Of a stretch of DNA of 64,000 nt, positions 19,507 through 28,959 are shown piece by piece; within the stretch, counting starts at the first letter, position 1, and every line of letters begins with the position of its first letter. The stretch is from Clostridia bacterium (GTDB taxonomy: Bacteria; Bacillota; Clostridia; Christensenellales; CAG-138): contig JAFYJD010000025.1 of NCBI GenBank assembly GCA_017538255.1, positions 131,573 to 195,572 of the forward strand. Reading direction: 5' to 3'. Position numbers and translations under genes: made by a program. The notes under the pieces are model-generated. The model was not told where the DNA came from, did not search any database, and saw nothing but the letters and a program-made list of their open reading frames with translations.

Positions 19507-21387
19507 ATGGAAACCACAATTAAAACGGTCAACAAATCCACGAAGGCCGAAAAGAAACTTATACGAAAACAGAAGTGGAAACTCGTGCGCGAGTTCAGCC
19601 GCGGTACCAAACTGCATTTTTTGCTTGGTATAGTCGGTATCATCGCCGCCATCATATCGCAGTACCTTATCCCTCTCATCACGAGTTTTACGATAGACTA
19701 TGTATTAAAGGATTTTGCCGACGTCAACTACTCCGGCAGCATAGTTCTTGCGCCATGGATCGAAAACCTGATCTCACTGCTCGGCGGCAAAGAGTTTTTG
19801 ATCCGGCATTTTTACATTATGGCGCTTGCGCTGATACTGATGAATGCATTGAACGCATTTGCTGTCTACATAAGGCGCAGCCGCGTTGCAATGGGCTCCG
19901 AAACGCTTGCGTACAATATGCGCACGCGCCTTTACGCGCATCTTGCAAATCTGCCATACGATTATCACAAGCATATCTCAACCGGCGACATAATCCAGCG
20001 CTGCACATCTGATGTCGATACGATCAGGCGCTTTGTGCAGAATCAACTTCTTGAGATGTCCCGCACGATAATGATGATAATCATTGCATCGTACATAATG
20101 TTTTCGATGAATACGACGCTCGCGCTCGCTTCGATCGTTATGATGCCGTTTCTCGCACTCGCGTCCTTCCTGTACTGCCGCGGCGTAAAGAAGCATTTTG
20201 CCCTGTCAGACGAGGCCGAGGGCGCGCTGAGCGCGGTAATTCAAGAGAACGTCACCGGCGTTCGCGTTGTACGGGCGTTCGGTCAGCAGCGTTCGGAACT
20301 CGATACATTCAACGAAAAGAACGACGATTATATTAAAAAATCCATTAAACTGAGCGACATTATGGCGCTGTTTTGGGGGTTTTCGGATATGTTTGGCTAT
20401 ATCCAGATCGCCATAAGCCTCTGCGTCGGCGTTTACTTCGTGCTAAATGGACGTATATCCGTCGGAGAGATGCTCGTCTTTTCATCCTACACCTCGATGC
20501 TCGTATGGCCCGTACGTCAGCTCGGACGCATACTTGCCGACCTTGAAAAGGCGGGCGTTTCGCTCGGCAGGCTCAATGAGATACTTGTTGAGCCCGTTGA
20601 AAAGGAACCCGGAAAAGCGCTCAAGCCCGAGATCCTCGGCAGCGTTGAGTTCCGCGGCGTTGGCTTTGGATACGAGGACGGACAGGACGTATTGAAAGAT
20701 ATCTCGTTTACCGCAAACAGCGGTGAAACGGTCGCTATACTCGGCTCCACCGGCTCCGGCAAGTCAAGTCTTGTTCAACTCTTACAGGGACTCTATACCC
20801 CGCGCGAGGGTGAAATACTTATCGATGGCGTGAACATAAACGATATCGAGCGCCATCATCTCAGGCGCAATATCGGCATCGTGCTTCAAGAGCCGTTCCT
20901 GTATTCAAGGTCGATAATGGAGAACATCCGCATCGCAAAACCCGATGCGTCCGAAGACGAAGTATACGACGCCGCTGCCGTCGCCTCGATACACGAAGTT
21001 GTTAAGGGCTTTGAAAAGGGCTACGATACCGTCGTCGGAGAAAAGGGCGTGACGCTCTCGGGCGGTCAGAAACAGCGCGTTGCGATCGCCCGTATGCTTA
21101 TGCAGAAAGCGCCGATAATCATACTCGACGACTCGATGAGCGCCGTCGATACCGAAACCGACGCCGCCATCCGCGACGCGCTTTCCGCAAGGCGCGACGG
21201 CTGTACGACGTTCATCATATCGCACAGGATAACTACGCTTTGCCGCGCCGACAAGATAATAGTACTCGAGGGCGGCAGGCTGATACAGATGGGTACGCAC
21301 GACGAACTCATCAACAAAGACGGTCTTTACAAGCGCATCGCCGATATACAGACGCGCAATGAAGACGATACCGAGGAGGTGTCTTAA
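19507..21387 (+). CDS. ABC exporter permease/ATPase fusion, half-transporter carrying the degenerate ATP site
   Basis: Six-TM domain plus NBD. Walker A GSTGSGKSS and signature LSGGQKQR. Walker B is IIILDDSMSAVD, with Asp where the catalytic Glu is expected. Confidence 0.9.
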   Translation: METTIKTVNKSTKAEKKLIRKQKWKLVREFSRGTKLHFLLGIVGIIAAIISQYLIPLITSFTIDYVLKDFADVNYSGSIVLAPWIENLISLLGGKEFLIRHFYIMALALILMNALNAFAVYIRRSRVAMGSETLAYNMRTRLYAHLANLPYDYHKHISTGDIIQRCTSDVDTIRRFVQNQLLEMSRTIMMIIIASYIMFSMNTTLALASIVMMPFLALASFLYCRGVKKHFALSDEAEGALSAVIQENVTGVRVVRAFGQQRSELDTFNEKNDDYIKKSIKLSDIMALFWGFSDMFGYIQIAISLCVGVYFVLNGRISVGEMLVFSSYTSMLVWPVRQLGRILADLEKAGVSLGRLNEILVEPVEKEPGKALKPEILGSVEFRGVGFGYEDGQDVLKDISFTANSGETVAILGSTGSGKSSLVQLLQGLYTPREGEILIDGVNINDIERHHLRRNIGIVLQEPFLYSRSIMENIRIAKPDASEDEVYDAAAVASIHEVVKGFEKGYDTVVGEKGVTLSGGQKQRVAIARMLMQKAPIIILDDSMSAVDTETDAAIRDALSARRDGCTTFIISHRITTLCRADKIIVLEGGRLIQMGTHDELINKDGLYKRIADIQTRNEDDTEEVS

Positions 21388-21389
21388 TA

Positions 21390-23252
21390 ATGGAAGAATT
21401 CGATTCCGATATCCTTTTGGAAGAGGAAAAAAGCAAAAAAATAGATTGGAAACTTTGGAAAACGCTGTTTAAATACGCGTGGCGGCATAAGTTTATGTTC
21501 GTGCTGATCTGTGTATTCAACGTATTCGTCGCACTCGGCGATATTATCTATCCCCAGCTTACGCGCTACGCGATCGACAATATCATCGCAAATGGCGCGG
21601 CGGAAGGCACGGGCAAGATAATACCGTTTGCGTTTATGTACTTTGCGGTCATCGTGTTTCAGTTCTTATGCGTCATCGGGTTCATACTGTTTTGCGGCAG
21701 GCTCGAGTTCCGAATGAGTTATGATCTGCGGCAGGATTCGTTCAAAAAACTTCAGCAGCTGTCGTTCTCATACTACGACAAGACCGCCGCGGGTCATATA
21801 ATGGCCAATATGGTCAGCGATATCCCCCGCCTTTCCGAAATGGTCGCGTGGAGCGCCACGGGCATATTTTGGATCGTCGGTATGATCGTATTCAGCGTCG
21901 TTATGCTTATCGCAATGAACTGGAAACTCGGGCTCATCGTACTTATGATAATGCCCGTATTGACCGCCGTCAGCGTATACTTCCAAAGGCGCATCCTTGC
22001 TCAGCAGAGGATCGTGCGCAAGCAGAACTCAAAGATCACCGGCGCGTTCAACGAGGGCATAATGGGCGCGGTTACCACAAAAACGCTCGTTCGCGAGGAG
22101 CGCAATTTTGAAGAGTTCAAGCACGAGGCGACGACGATGAAGCGCGCTTCGATCAAATCGGCGGCACTTTCCGCTATGTTTACGCCGATAGTTATGACGC
22201 TCGGCTCCCTTGCGACCGCAATTGCGCTCTATGCCGGCGGAAGAACGGTAATAGCGCCGACGATACTCGGAACGACGATGACGATAGGCGTGCTTTCATC
22301 GTTCCTGTCGTACACTACCTCGCTGTTCGATCCCCTTATGGACCTTGCGGGCATACTTGCGGAGATGCAGAGCGCGCAGGCCTGCGCGGAGCGCGTCATA
22401 TCCCTGCTCAATGCAAAGAGCGATATCGTCGATACCCACGATGTCATCGAAAAATACGGCGACTGCTTCGCCCCGAAGCGCGAAAACTGGGAAGAACTGC
22501 TCGGCGACGTCGATTTTTGCGATGTGTCGTTTGCTTACAAAGAGGGTGAAAAAGTGCTTAAGGATTTCAACCTTTCCGTAAAGCGCGGCGAGAAGATCGC
22601 CCTCGTCGGCGAAACCGGCGCAGGCAAGAGTACGATAGTCAACCTTGTATGCAGGTTCTATGAGCCCACCGCCGGCCGGATACTTATAGACGGCACCGAC
22701 TACCGCGAGCGCAGTCAGTTGTGGCTTCAGGATCGGCTTGGGTATGTGCTTCAATCGCCGCATCTATTCTCCGGCAGCATAAGGGACAATATCCGCTACG
22801 GACGCAAGGACGCGACCGACGATGAAGTAGTTGCCGCCGCCAAACTCGTACACGCGGACGAGTTCATATCGGGGCTTGAAAAGGGCTACGATACCGAGGT
22901 CGGCGAAGGCGGCGCAAGACTTTCGACAGGGCAGAAGCAGCTTATCAGTTTTGCCCGCGTCATCCTTGCCGACCCGCGCATATTCGTGCTTGACGAAGCC
23001 ACAAGTTCGATAGATACCGAAACCGAGGCGCTTATTCAGAGCGCTATCGGCGAGGTATTGAAGAACAGAACGAGTTTTATCGTCGCGCACCGCCTTTCCA
23101 CGATACGCTCCGCCGACAGGATACTCGTTATCCGCGGCGGCAGGATAACCGAGATGGGCACTCACCGCGAACTTATGAAACTCGGCGGGTATTATCACGA
23201 CCTGTACACCACGCAGTTTGCCAATAACAGCACGGAAAAACTGCTTGCATAA
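21390..23252 (+). CDS. ABC exporter permease/ATPase fusion, half-transporter carrying the consensus ATP site
   Basis: Walker A GETGAGKST and Walker B IFVLDEATSSID (Glu present). The signature is the non-canonical LSTGQKQL. It starts 2 nt after the upstream stop. Confidence 0.9.
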   Translation: MEEFDSDILLEEEKSKKIDWKLWKTLFKYAWRHKFMFVLICVFNVFVALGDIIYPQLTRYAIDNIIANGAAEGTGKIIPFAFMYFAVIVFQFLCVIGFILFCGRLEFRMSYDLRQDSFKKLQQLSFSYYDKTAAGHIMANMVSDIPRLSEMVAWSATGIFWIVGMIVFSVVMLIAMNWKLGLIVLMIMPVLTAVSVYFQRRILAQQRIVRKQNSKITGAFNEGIMGAVTTKTLVREERNFEEFKHEATTMKRASIKSAALSAMFTPIVMTLGSLATAIALYAGGRTVIAPTILGTTMTIGVLSSFLSYTTSLFDPLMDLAGILAEMQSAQACAERVISLLNAKSDIVDTHDVIEKYGDCFAPKRENWEELLGDVDFCDVSFAYKEGEKVLKDFNLSVKRGEKIALVGETGAGKSTIVNLVCRFYEPTAGRILIDGTDYRERSQLWLQDRLGYVLQSPHLFSGSIRDNIRYGRKDATDDEVVAAAKLVHADEFISGLEKGYDTEVGEGGARLSTGQKQLISFARVILADPRIFVLDEATSSIDTETEALIQSAIGEVLKNRTSFIVAHRLSTIRSADRILVIRGGRITEMGTHRELMKLGGYYHDLYTTQFANNSTEKLLA

Positions 23253-23276
23253 CCATAGATCAAGGAGCCAAAGCCA

Positions 23277-24623
23277 ATGCGCGATCTGCCCGCACCGTTT
23301 TCAGAACGAATGAAGCGCCTGCTCGGGAACGAGTTTGACGCGTTTATCGACAGTTTTTCGGAGCCACCCGTTCGCGGCATACGGATCAACACGCTTAAGA
23401 TAACAAAAGAGCGTTTTACCGCGCTCTGTCCTTGGCGTACCGAGCAGGCGGAAACGCTTGAAGAGGGGCTCGTGCTTTTGGACGAAGCGGAGCATATCGG
23501 CCTCCACCCCTACCACGCAGCGGGACTTTTCTATGTTCAGGAACCGTCCGCGATGAGCGTTATCGCCGCCGCGGACGTCGCCCCCGGAATGCGCGTTCTT
23601 GACCTCTGCGCGGCGCCCGGCGGCAAATCGGGCGGGCTCGCAGCAAGGCTCAACGGCGAAGGGCTGCTTGTTTCCAATGAGATCGTCAAAAAGCGCGCCG
23701 TACAACTTGCGCGCAATCTCGAACGCCTCGGCGTTGTTAACTCGATCGTATCCTGCGCACATCCCGACGCGATCGCGGGCGCGCTCGGCGGGTATTTTGA
23801 CAGGGTCATCGTGGATGCGCCCTGTTCGGGTGAAGGTATGTTCCGCAAGGACGAAACGGCGATCGACGAATGGTCGCCTGAACATATTGCCGCCTGCGCC
23901 GTGCGCCAGAGCGCAATCCTCGACAGCGCCGCGAACTGCGTTATTCAAGGCGGCAAACTTATTTATTCGACCTGCACCTTTTCCGAGGAGGAAAACGAGC
24001 GCACGGTCGAAGCGTTTATCAAGCGGCATCCCGAGTTTGAACTCGAGTTCGCGCACAGGCTCTATCCGCACCGGCTGAAGGGCGAAGGGCATTTTGTTGC
24101 GCGGCTCGTTAAACGCGGTGATCCCGCCTCCCCCGCTATCGCGCCCGCCAAATCAAAACCCTGTGCAAAACGCTGCACGAAGTCCGAGGAGGTGTTGGCG
24201 CTCGAGTTTTTGGAGCCTGTCTTTGGTTTTCAAGCGGTCGAGGCCGTGCGCGGCAAGCTGATGACAATGAACGGCCGCGCGTATTATCTGCCGTTTGCCG
24301 CGCCCGACGCCGCGCTGTCCCTGCCGATCGTATCCTTAGGCGTTGAGGTCGGCGAATTTGCGGGAAATAGATTCAAGCCTTCGCATTCGCTGTTTATGGC
24401 CGCGCATTCGTTTAAGAGTAAATTTGCGCTTGAACTGGGGCTGAACAGCCCCGAACTTGCCGCATATCTGCGCGGCGAAACTGTCATTTGCCCGGATATT
24501 GCACAAATGAAGGGGTATTGCCCCGTAACCATCGACGGCTTCCCCATAGGTTTTGCGAAGATCGTCGACGGCGTTGCGAAGAATCATCTTCCAAAGGGGC
24601 TTACCGTGAACAGGATCTGTTAA
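23277..24623 (+). CDS. RsmF/RsmB-like rRNA cytosine-C5 methyltransferase (NOL1/NOP2/Sun family)
   Basis: SAM motif DLCAAPGGKS and catalytic Cys motifs DAPCSGEGMFRKD and YSTCT. C-terminal extension. Confidence 0.85.
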   Translation: MRDLPAPFSERMKRLLGNEFDAFIDSFSEPPVRGIRINTLKITKERFTALCPWRTEQAETLEEGLVLLDEAEHIGLHPYHAAGLFYVQEPSAMSVIAAADVAPGMRVLDLCAAPGGKSGGLAARLNGEGLLVSNEIVKKRAVQLARNLERLGVVNSIVSCAHPDAIAGALGGYFDRVIVDAPCSGEGMFRKDETAIDEWSPEHIAACAVRQSAILDSAANCVIQGGKLIYSTCTFSEEENERTVEAFIKRHPEFELEFAHRLYPHRLKGEGHFVARLVKRGDPASPAIAPAKSKPCAKRCTKSEEVLALEFLEPVFGFQAVEAVRGKLMTMNGRAYYLPFAAPDAALSLPIVSLGVEVGEFAGNRFKPSHSLFMAAHSFKSKFALELGLNSPELAAYLRGETVICPDIAQMKGYCPVTIDGFPIGFAKIVDGVAKNHLPKGLTVNRIC

Positions 24624-24667
24624 GGCACTTGCAAAAAAGCAATACTTGTAGTATCATATTAACACTT

Positions 24668-25020
24668 GGGGGCGTACATGGTTTCGACGGGGATCGTGGA
24701 TGCCGGATAAGCGAGCCGAAGCCCCGTGCTTCGTTAAAAACGGGAAACTCTTAAAAATAACCGACGAATATAACTTCGTACCCGTCGCCGCTTAATCGGC
24801 GACCGTCCGCCCGCAGTTGCCCACGACTGCGGATACGGGCGTCATTAAAGTGGGGAACCAGCCGCGGCCTGTTCCGACCGCGGTGGGATCAAGGGACTAC
24901 CGAAAGCGCGATCCTGTCGGCAGGAGCGTGAAATAGGGAATGCTAAAATACCGACTACGCTCGTAGAAAGTCTTGTAGACAGTTTTTCGGACAGGGGTTC
25001 GATTCCCCTCGCCTCCACCA
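24668..25020 (+). ncRNA. ssrA: tmRNA (SsrA), 353 nt including CCA
   Basis: The 5' end GGGGGCGTACATGGTTTCGACGGGG pairs with the 3' end ...GGGGTTCGATTCCCCTCGCCTCCACCA (G3:U wobble). The in-frame tag ends ...DEYNFVPVAA-TAA (stop at 24793-24795). The resume codon is not certain. Confidence 0.95.
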
Positions 25021-25024
25021 ATGC

Positions 25025-25050
25025 AAAAAGGAGCATCTGTGCTCTTTTTT
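25025..25050 (+). terminator. intrinsic terminator after ssrA
   Basis: Stem gagca/tgctc, extended by A/T pairs (aaaaaggagca tctg tgctcttttt), ending in T6. Confidence 0.6.
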
Positions 25051-25193
25051 GTAATTGATCCTATGGAGGAATCGAACGCCCGAAGCGTCCGTCCGGTGGA
25101 CGAAACAGACGCTGAGGGTCGGAATTATCGGCATAGGCGATTTGCAAAGTTATTTGATTGTTTTGTGCAACAAATCCAAAGGACAGTTATCAT

Positions 25194-26576
25194 ATGAGCA
25201 GACTAATTGTATCTTTTACGTCATTTCCCGCCAGAATTGATTCGGTAAAGACGGTTCTCGACAGTTTATATCAGCAGACGCTGCAGGCCGATGAGATCAT
25301 CCTGTGGCTTGCGGAAGAACAGTTTCCAAACGGAGAAGCCGATCTGCCGCTCCCGTTGCGTGAGGATTTGGAGGCAAAAAGATTCACTCTCCGTTGGTGT
25401 GATGATCTCGGATCTCACAAGAAGTATTTCTATGCCATGCAGGAATATCCCGAGGATATTATTGTAACTGTTGATGATGATACTTATTATCATCCCGATA
25501 CGCTGCAAACGCTTATGGAAACGCATACCCGTTTCCCTCGCGCCGTTGTGGCAAAGACCGCTTCGCTTGTTCTTTTTGATCCCGCACTTTGTCCCCTTCC
25601 TATAAGCGAGTGGCTCTTTGATTTCCAACTCCTTACAGAACCGTCAATGCTCTTAATGTCAATAGGTGCCGGGGGCGTTCTTTATCCGCCTCATTCTGTC
25701 AGCAAAAAGATCTTTGACAAGTCATTTATACTTGAAATGTGTACTGCAAACGGAATGATATGCGGCGACGATCTGCTGCTTAAAGCGGGCGAGATGCTTA
25801 ATAGAACGCCGGTAGCAACAGCGAAAAGCAAACCATATTATAACTTGCCAAACACGTCTGGAACTGCTCTTGCTAAGTTAATGCCAAAAGAGATTCACAA
25901 GGACCTGCTTATTCTGATGTATCAAGAAAAATTTCAGGATGCTTTTGATAATGAATCCGCACAGCGTCTGAAAACCGCAGTATCAGATTTTGACAAAATG
26001 GACAACAAGTATGGGCTGCGAAAAAAATATTGGCTATCAAGACCTTTGCGGGACTTTGAAAGGCAGTTTGCGTATCTTATACGGCACGATGCGCCAACCA
26101 AACCCGATACATTTGATTATAAACGAATCCAAAACGTCGCATCGTTTGCGGCAAAAGTCTTTACCGCTTATCCGCCCGCCTGTGATGATCTTGATGACGA
26201 GGCCGCAAAGGCGCTTAGTGCTTTTCGGAAGAAACTGCTCGATATTCCGGGTATCGCGGAGTTTGCCAAGACGGACGCTGTTATAAAAGGATTTGTTGAT
26301 TACGGTGTGGCGCTAAACAAGGTGTGCATAATCAGTTTTCATAGCATCAATATCTATATGCAGAGTTTGAAAAACTGGCAATCATTTATGTCGGCCAATC
26401 CGGAGTGCGATCCGATTCTCCGCAAAGGATATGAGGACTTCCTTGCCGACACCAAGTTCCAAATAGGCAGAGCCAACTCCATTTTATCAAAAGCCGAAAT
26501 ATATGAATGGATGCTGGCATACGCAGATGCCTTGAATGATTATAAGAAATTGCAGATGAAGATCAGCCGTGAATAG
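25194..26576 (+). CDS. putative GT-A-fold glycosyltransferase with a helical C-terminal domain
   Basis: Track ORF trimmed to MSRLIVSFTSFPARI at 25194. DXD-like TVDDDTYYHPD. The region looks more AT-rich than its neighbours by eye. Confidence 0.55.
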   Translation: MSRLIVSFTSFPARIDSVKTVLDSLYQQTLQADEIILWLAEEQFPNGEADLPLPLREDLEAKRFTLRWCDDLGSHKKYFYAMQEYPEDIIVTVDDDTYYHPDTLQTLMETHTRFPRAVVAKTASLVLFDPALCPLPISEWLFDFQLLTEPSMLLMSIGAGGVLYPPHSVSKKIFDKSFILEMCTANGMICGDDLLLKAGEMLNRTPVATAKSKPYYNLPNTSGTALAKLMPKEIHKDLLILMYQEKFQDAFDNESAQRLKTAVSDFDKMDNKYGLRKKYWLSRPLRDFERQFAYLIRHDAPTKPDTFDYKRIQNVASFAAKVFTAYPPACDDLDDEAAKALSAFRKKLLDIPGIAEFAKTDAVIKGFVDYGVALNKVCIISFHSINIYMQSLKNWQSFMSANPECDPILRKGYEDFLADTKFQIGRANSILSKAEIYEWMLAYADALNDYKKLQMKISRE

Positions 26577-26637
26577 GCATATCAAAAGAATATGCTCATT
26601 GGTAAAAAGGTTTTGCGCGTGTCATCGGCAGTCGCAC

Positions 26638-26666
26638 TTGACAGGCGCAGCGCGGATGTGTATAAT
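26638..26666 (+). promoter_or_regulatory. consensus sigma-A promoter
   Basis: TTGACA-17 nt-TATAAT, 48 nt upstream of ATG 26714. Confidence 0.6.
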
Positions 26667-26713
26667 CAGAGCGTGCAAAGTTTTGTTCAACTAATAAAAA
26701 AACGAGGTTAAAT

Positions 26714-27289
26714 ATGCTGCTGACAGGACATACTTTTGATAAAAACGGCGCCCCTCTCGGCGGCGTTGACGTAGAGATCAAGGACGAAAGCTTTCAAACC
26801 GTTTATAAAACGCAAAGCGACGGATCGGGTTTTTATTCGCTGGAAGTGCCCGACGGTCGCTATCCGTTTTTGATGGCAGTGCGCGATTACGGCACCCGTT
26901 ATCTTGAATACTGGTGCAACGATATCGATCTGACGCAGGACAGGGAACTTGATATTCGCATAGATTCGCTCGAGGTTTACGGGCTGAATGTTTTCCGCGT
27001 CAAAGGCGCCTACCCCGCTCTCACCGTCTATTTCCGCCCTATGAGCCTCATCAAGTTCCACCGCGGCGAAACGGATATCTGCCCGGACATCAAGCGCATC
27101 CGTGTTTGTGTCAACGGCGAGGAAGTGCCCGTGCTGATTGAAAACAAGGTGTCCGAGTTCATCGGCGAAGGTAGTCTTTACGCATATCTCATCCAGGTCG
27201 GTCTGCCGTCCACCGGCAAATGGGAGCGGCTTGATGTTGAGATCTTTGATTCCGAGGACGCATACGGCGCGGCGAGCATCTTTTATTGA
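26714..27289 (+). CDS. hypothetical protein with an N-terminal carboxypeptidase-regulatory-like (beta-sandwich) domain
   Basis: LTGHTFDKNGAPLGGVDVEIKDESFQTVYKTQSDGSGFYSLEVPDGRY matches the CarboxypepD_reg pattern. GAGG RBS. Confidence 0.6.
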   Translation: MLLTGHTFDKNGAPLGGVDVEIKDESFQTVYKTQSDGSGFYSLEVPDGRYPFLMAVRDYGTRYLEYWCNDIDLTQDRELDIRIDSLEVYGLNVFRVKGAYPALTVYFRPMSLIKFHRGETDICPDIKRIRVCVNGEEVPVLIENKVSEFIGEGSLYAYLIQVGLPSTGKWERLDVEIFDSEDAYGAASIFY

Positions 27290-27300
27290 TATAAAACCGA

Positions 27301-27343
27301 AAGCGCGGTGAAAGCAAAAACTTTCTCCGCGCTTATTTTTTAT
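27301..27343 (+). terminator. intrinsic terminator
   Basis: Stem aagcgcgg/ccgcgctt with inner gaaag/ctttc pairing, followed by ATTTTTTAT. Confidence 0.7.
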
Positions 27344-27391
27344 ATCGCTCTTTATATGCCGCGCCTTTATATCCGGATGCCCAATACCGTT

Positions 27392-28774
27392 TTACGTATC
27401 CACATGGATATGCACGCGCCGCAGCGGAACATCGAGTATGTGCAGCACGAGTTCATTTGAATAAACGTCGACACGCTTTATAATGATATCGAGGAAATAC
27501 TGTTTTTCGAGCCGTGTCAGATCATTGAAGTCCTTGAGATGATCGAAGAGCGCCGCGACCGAGTCTGCACTTTGCGAATAGAGTTCACATAGATACTCGA
27601 TGTATTCCTTTTCGATCCAACGCAGCATCAAACCGCCCTTCAATTTTTCCATACGCTCCATAGAGCGCATATTCGGCGTTTCCGTCGAAGTCAAAAATGC
27701 CTCGTGGACTTCGTTTTCTTGTATCCTCAGTTCTTCCTTTAGTACATCGAGCGCGGATCTCACTCTTGATGCTTCTGTTTTTGCGCGGATAAGGCAGGCT
27801 CGTTTCAGTTCATCAATGCCGCCAAGATAGTTTTTGACTATGAACTCCGTCGCCGCGCGTTCGACAGAAAGCGCAAATAGGCGCTTGCCGCTCGAAGTAT
27901 AATACGGCAGTCTATTTCCATGCTCCTCATACGCTCTTTGCATTCTTTTGCCGTCGCAATAGACCCTCGTTATAAGAAAGTGCGGCTCTAAGTCCTCTTC
28001 ACCGCTCCGTTTTTTAAGAAGCGCGGACGCCTTCAGCCAAGTGCCGAGCCCGACGAGCGCGGGTTCTTCGCCGCCGTCCTCACCGAATACGCCGATATAG
28101 CGCGGGCTCTTTATCATTGAATAGAGTTGATTTCGCGATATCCTTTTGGCTTTCGGATACAGTTGTTCAAGCCGTTCCGCGATCTTTGCCGGCATAAGAC
28201 CCTGTGCAAAGAGTTCGAATGCGCTGCCGACAAGCGCGCCGTCCGCTGGATCGCGCGCTATTATCCCGCACTCGCGCTTATAACCCGTCGGCAGTTTGCC
28301 GCCGCTTTTTATGCCCAAACCGTTTTTGTTGATGATGCGCGCAAATCTTGGCGGATGCTTTCCGACTGAGTTGTATTCAAGCACGGCTTTCATAATTTCG
28401 TCCTCGGGAGCACGCTTTATACAGCCCGCTATGAAAACTGGTCTTATTCCCATCGCTTTGAGATAGTGCTTCATTGCCTCCGGAGTCGCTTCTTCAAAGC
28501 GCAGACAGTCGGGATTCGGCATAACAAGCGTTATCGCCCGCCCGCGCAGAAGCTTAAAAAGCGCAAACAACGTGAGCGGCGCTCCGTCGTCGCGGTCGTA
28601 AAGCACGCTCGAAATATTGAAACCGAGCCTGTTTGCATATAAGATCAGTTCCTTTTCGAGTGCGTCCGCCTGCGTTTTGTTCGCTGCGCGAAAATAGGCA
28701 ATTGCGTCTTTAAGCAAATGCTTTTCTTCGCCAGAGGAGCGCTCCTGCTCGGTTTTGTCCGGATTGACTTGCAT
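27392..28774 (-). CDS. large-serine-recombinase homologue lacking the catalytic serine and the zinc-ribbon cysteines
   Basis: Resolvase-like N-terminus AIAYFRAANKTQ, where YxRVSTxxQ is expected. Recombinase-domain pattern PTGYKRECG..LVGSAFELFAQG..KIAERL..LYSMIKSPRYIG. Coiled coil, then a C-terminal LEKQYFLDIIIKRVDVY. Confidence 0.65.
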   Translation of the reverse strand: MQVNPDKTEQERSSGEEKHLLKDAIAYFRAANKTQADALEKELILYANRLGFNISSVLYDRDDGAPLTLFALFKLLRGRAITLVMPNPDCLRFEEATPEAMKHYLKAMGIRPVFIAGCIKRAPEDEIMKAVLEYNSVGKHPPRFARIINKNGLGIKSGGKLPTGYKRECGIIARDPADGALVGSAFELFAQGLMPAKIAERLEQLYPKAKRISRNQLYSMIKSPRYIGVFGEDGGEEPALVGLGTWLKASALLKKRSGEEDLEPHFLITRVYCDGKRMQRAYEEHGNRLPYYTSSGKRLFALSVERAATEFIVKNYLGGIDELKRACLIRAKTEASRVRSALDVLKEELRIQENEVHEAFLTSTETPNMRSMERMEKLKGGLMLRWIEKEYIEYLCELYSQSADSVAALFDHLKDFNDLTRLEKQYFLDIIIKRVDVYSNELVLHILDVPLRRVHIHVDT

Positions 28775-28897
28775 AATCTGCCCCTATCCCATACTCTATC
28801 ACTTTTTTATTCTATCGCATTATTCAAAAAAATCAAGTTATGTTTTGCTGTATTTGGCACGTTTTTGGCAATAAAGCGTAAAGTTTGTTGGCATTTG

Positions 28898-28926
28898 TCA
28901 TATTTTGTGATGCTCCGAAATAAACT
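28898..28926 (+). promoter_or_regulatory. possible sigma-E-type sporulation promoter upstream of sigK
   Basis: TCATATT-14 nt-AATAAACT, compared with the Bacillus sigma-E consensus as I recall it (-35 ATA-containing heptamer, 14-nt spacer, -10 CATACAHT). The -10 matches at 6 of 8 positions. Confidence 0.3.
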
Positions 28927-28959
28927 CAGATAAACAAAAACAGTATTCAAGGGGGTTTT

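Noticed and set aside
23301-24092. 263-aa minus-strand ORF
   Set aside because: It is antisense to the rRNA m5C methyltransferase gene, which carries both catalytic Cys motifs.
24845-25036. 63-aa minus-strand ORF
   Set aside because: It lies entirely inside the tmRNA gene.
25021-28959. att-type direct repeat of the ssrA 3' end delimiting an island
   Set aside because: I searched by eye for the last ~20 nt of ssrA near 28.7-29.0 kb and found none. Only a short inverted T-arm-like fragment at 25068-25077 exists, which is weak evidence on its own.
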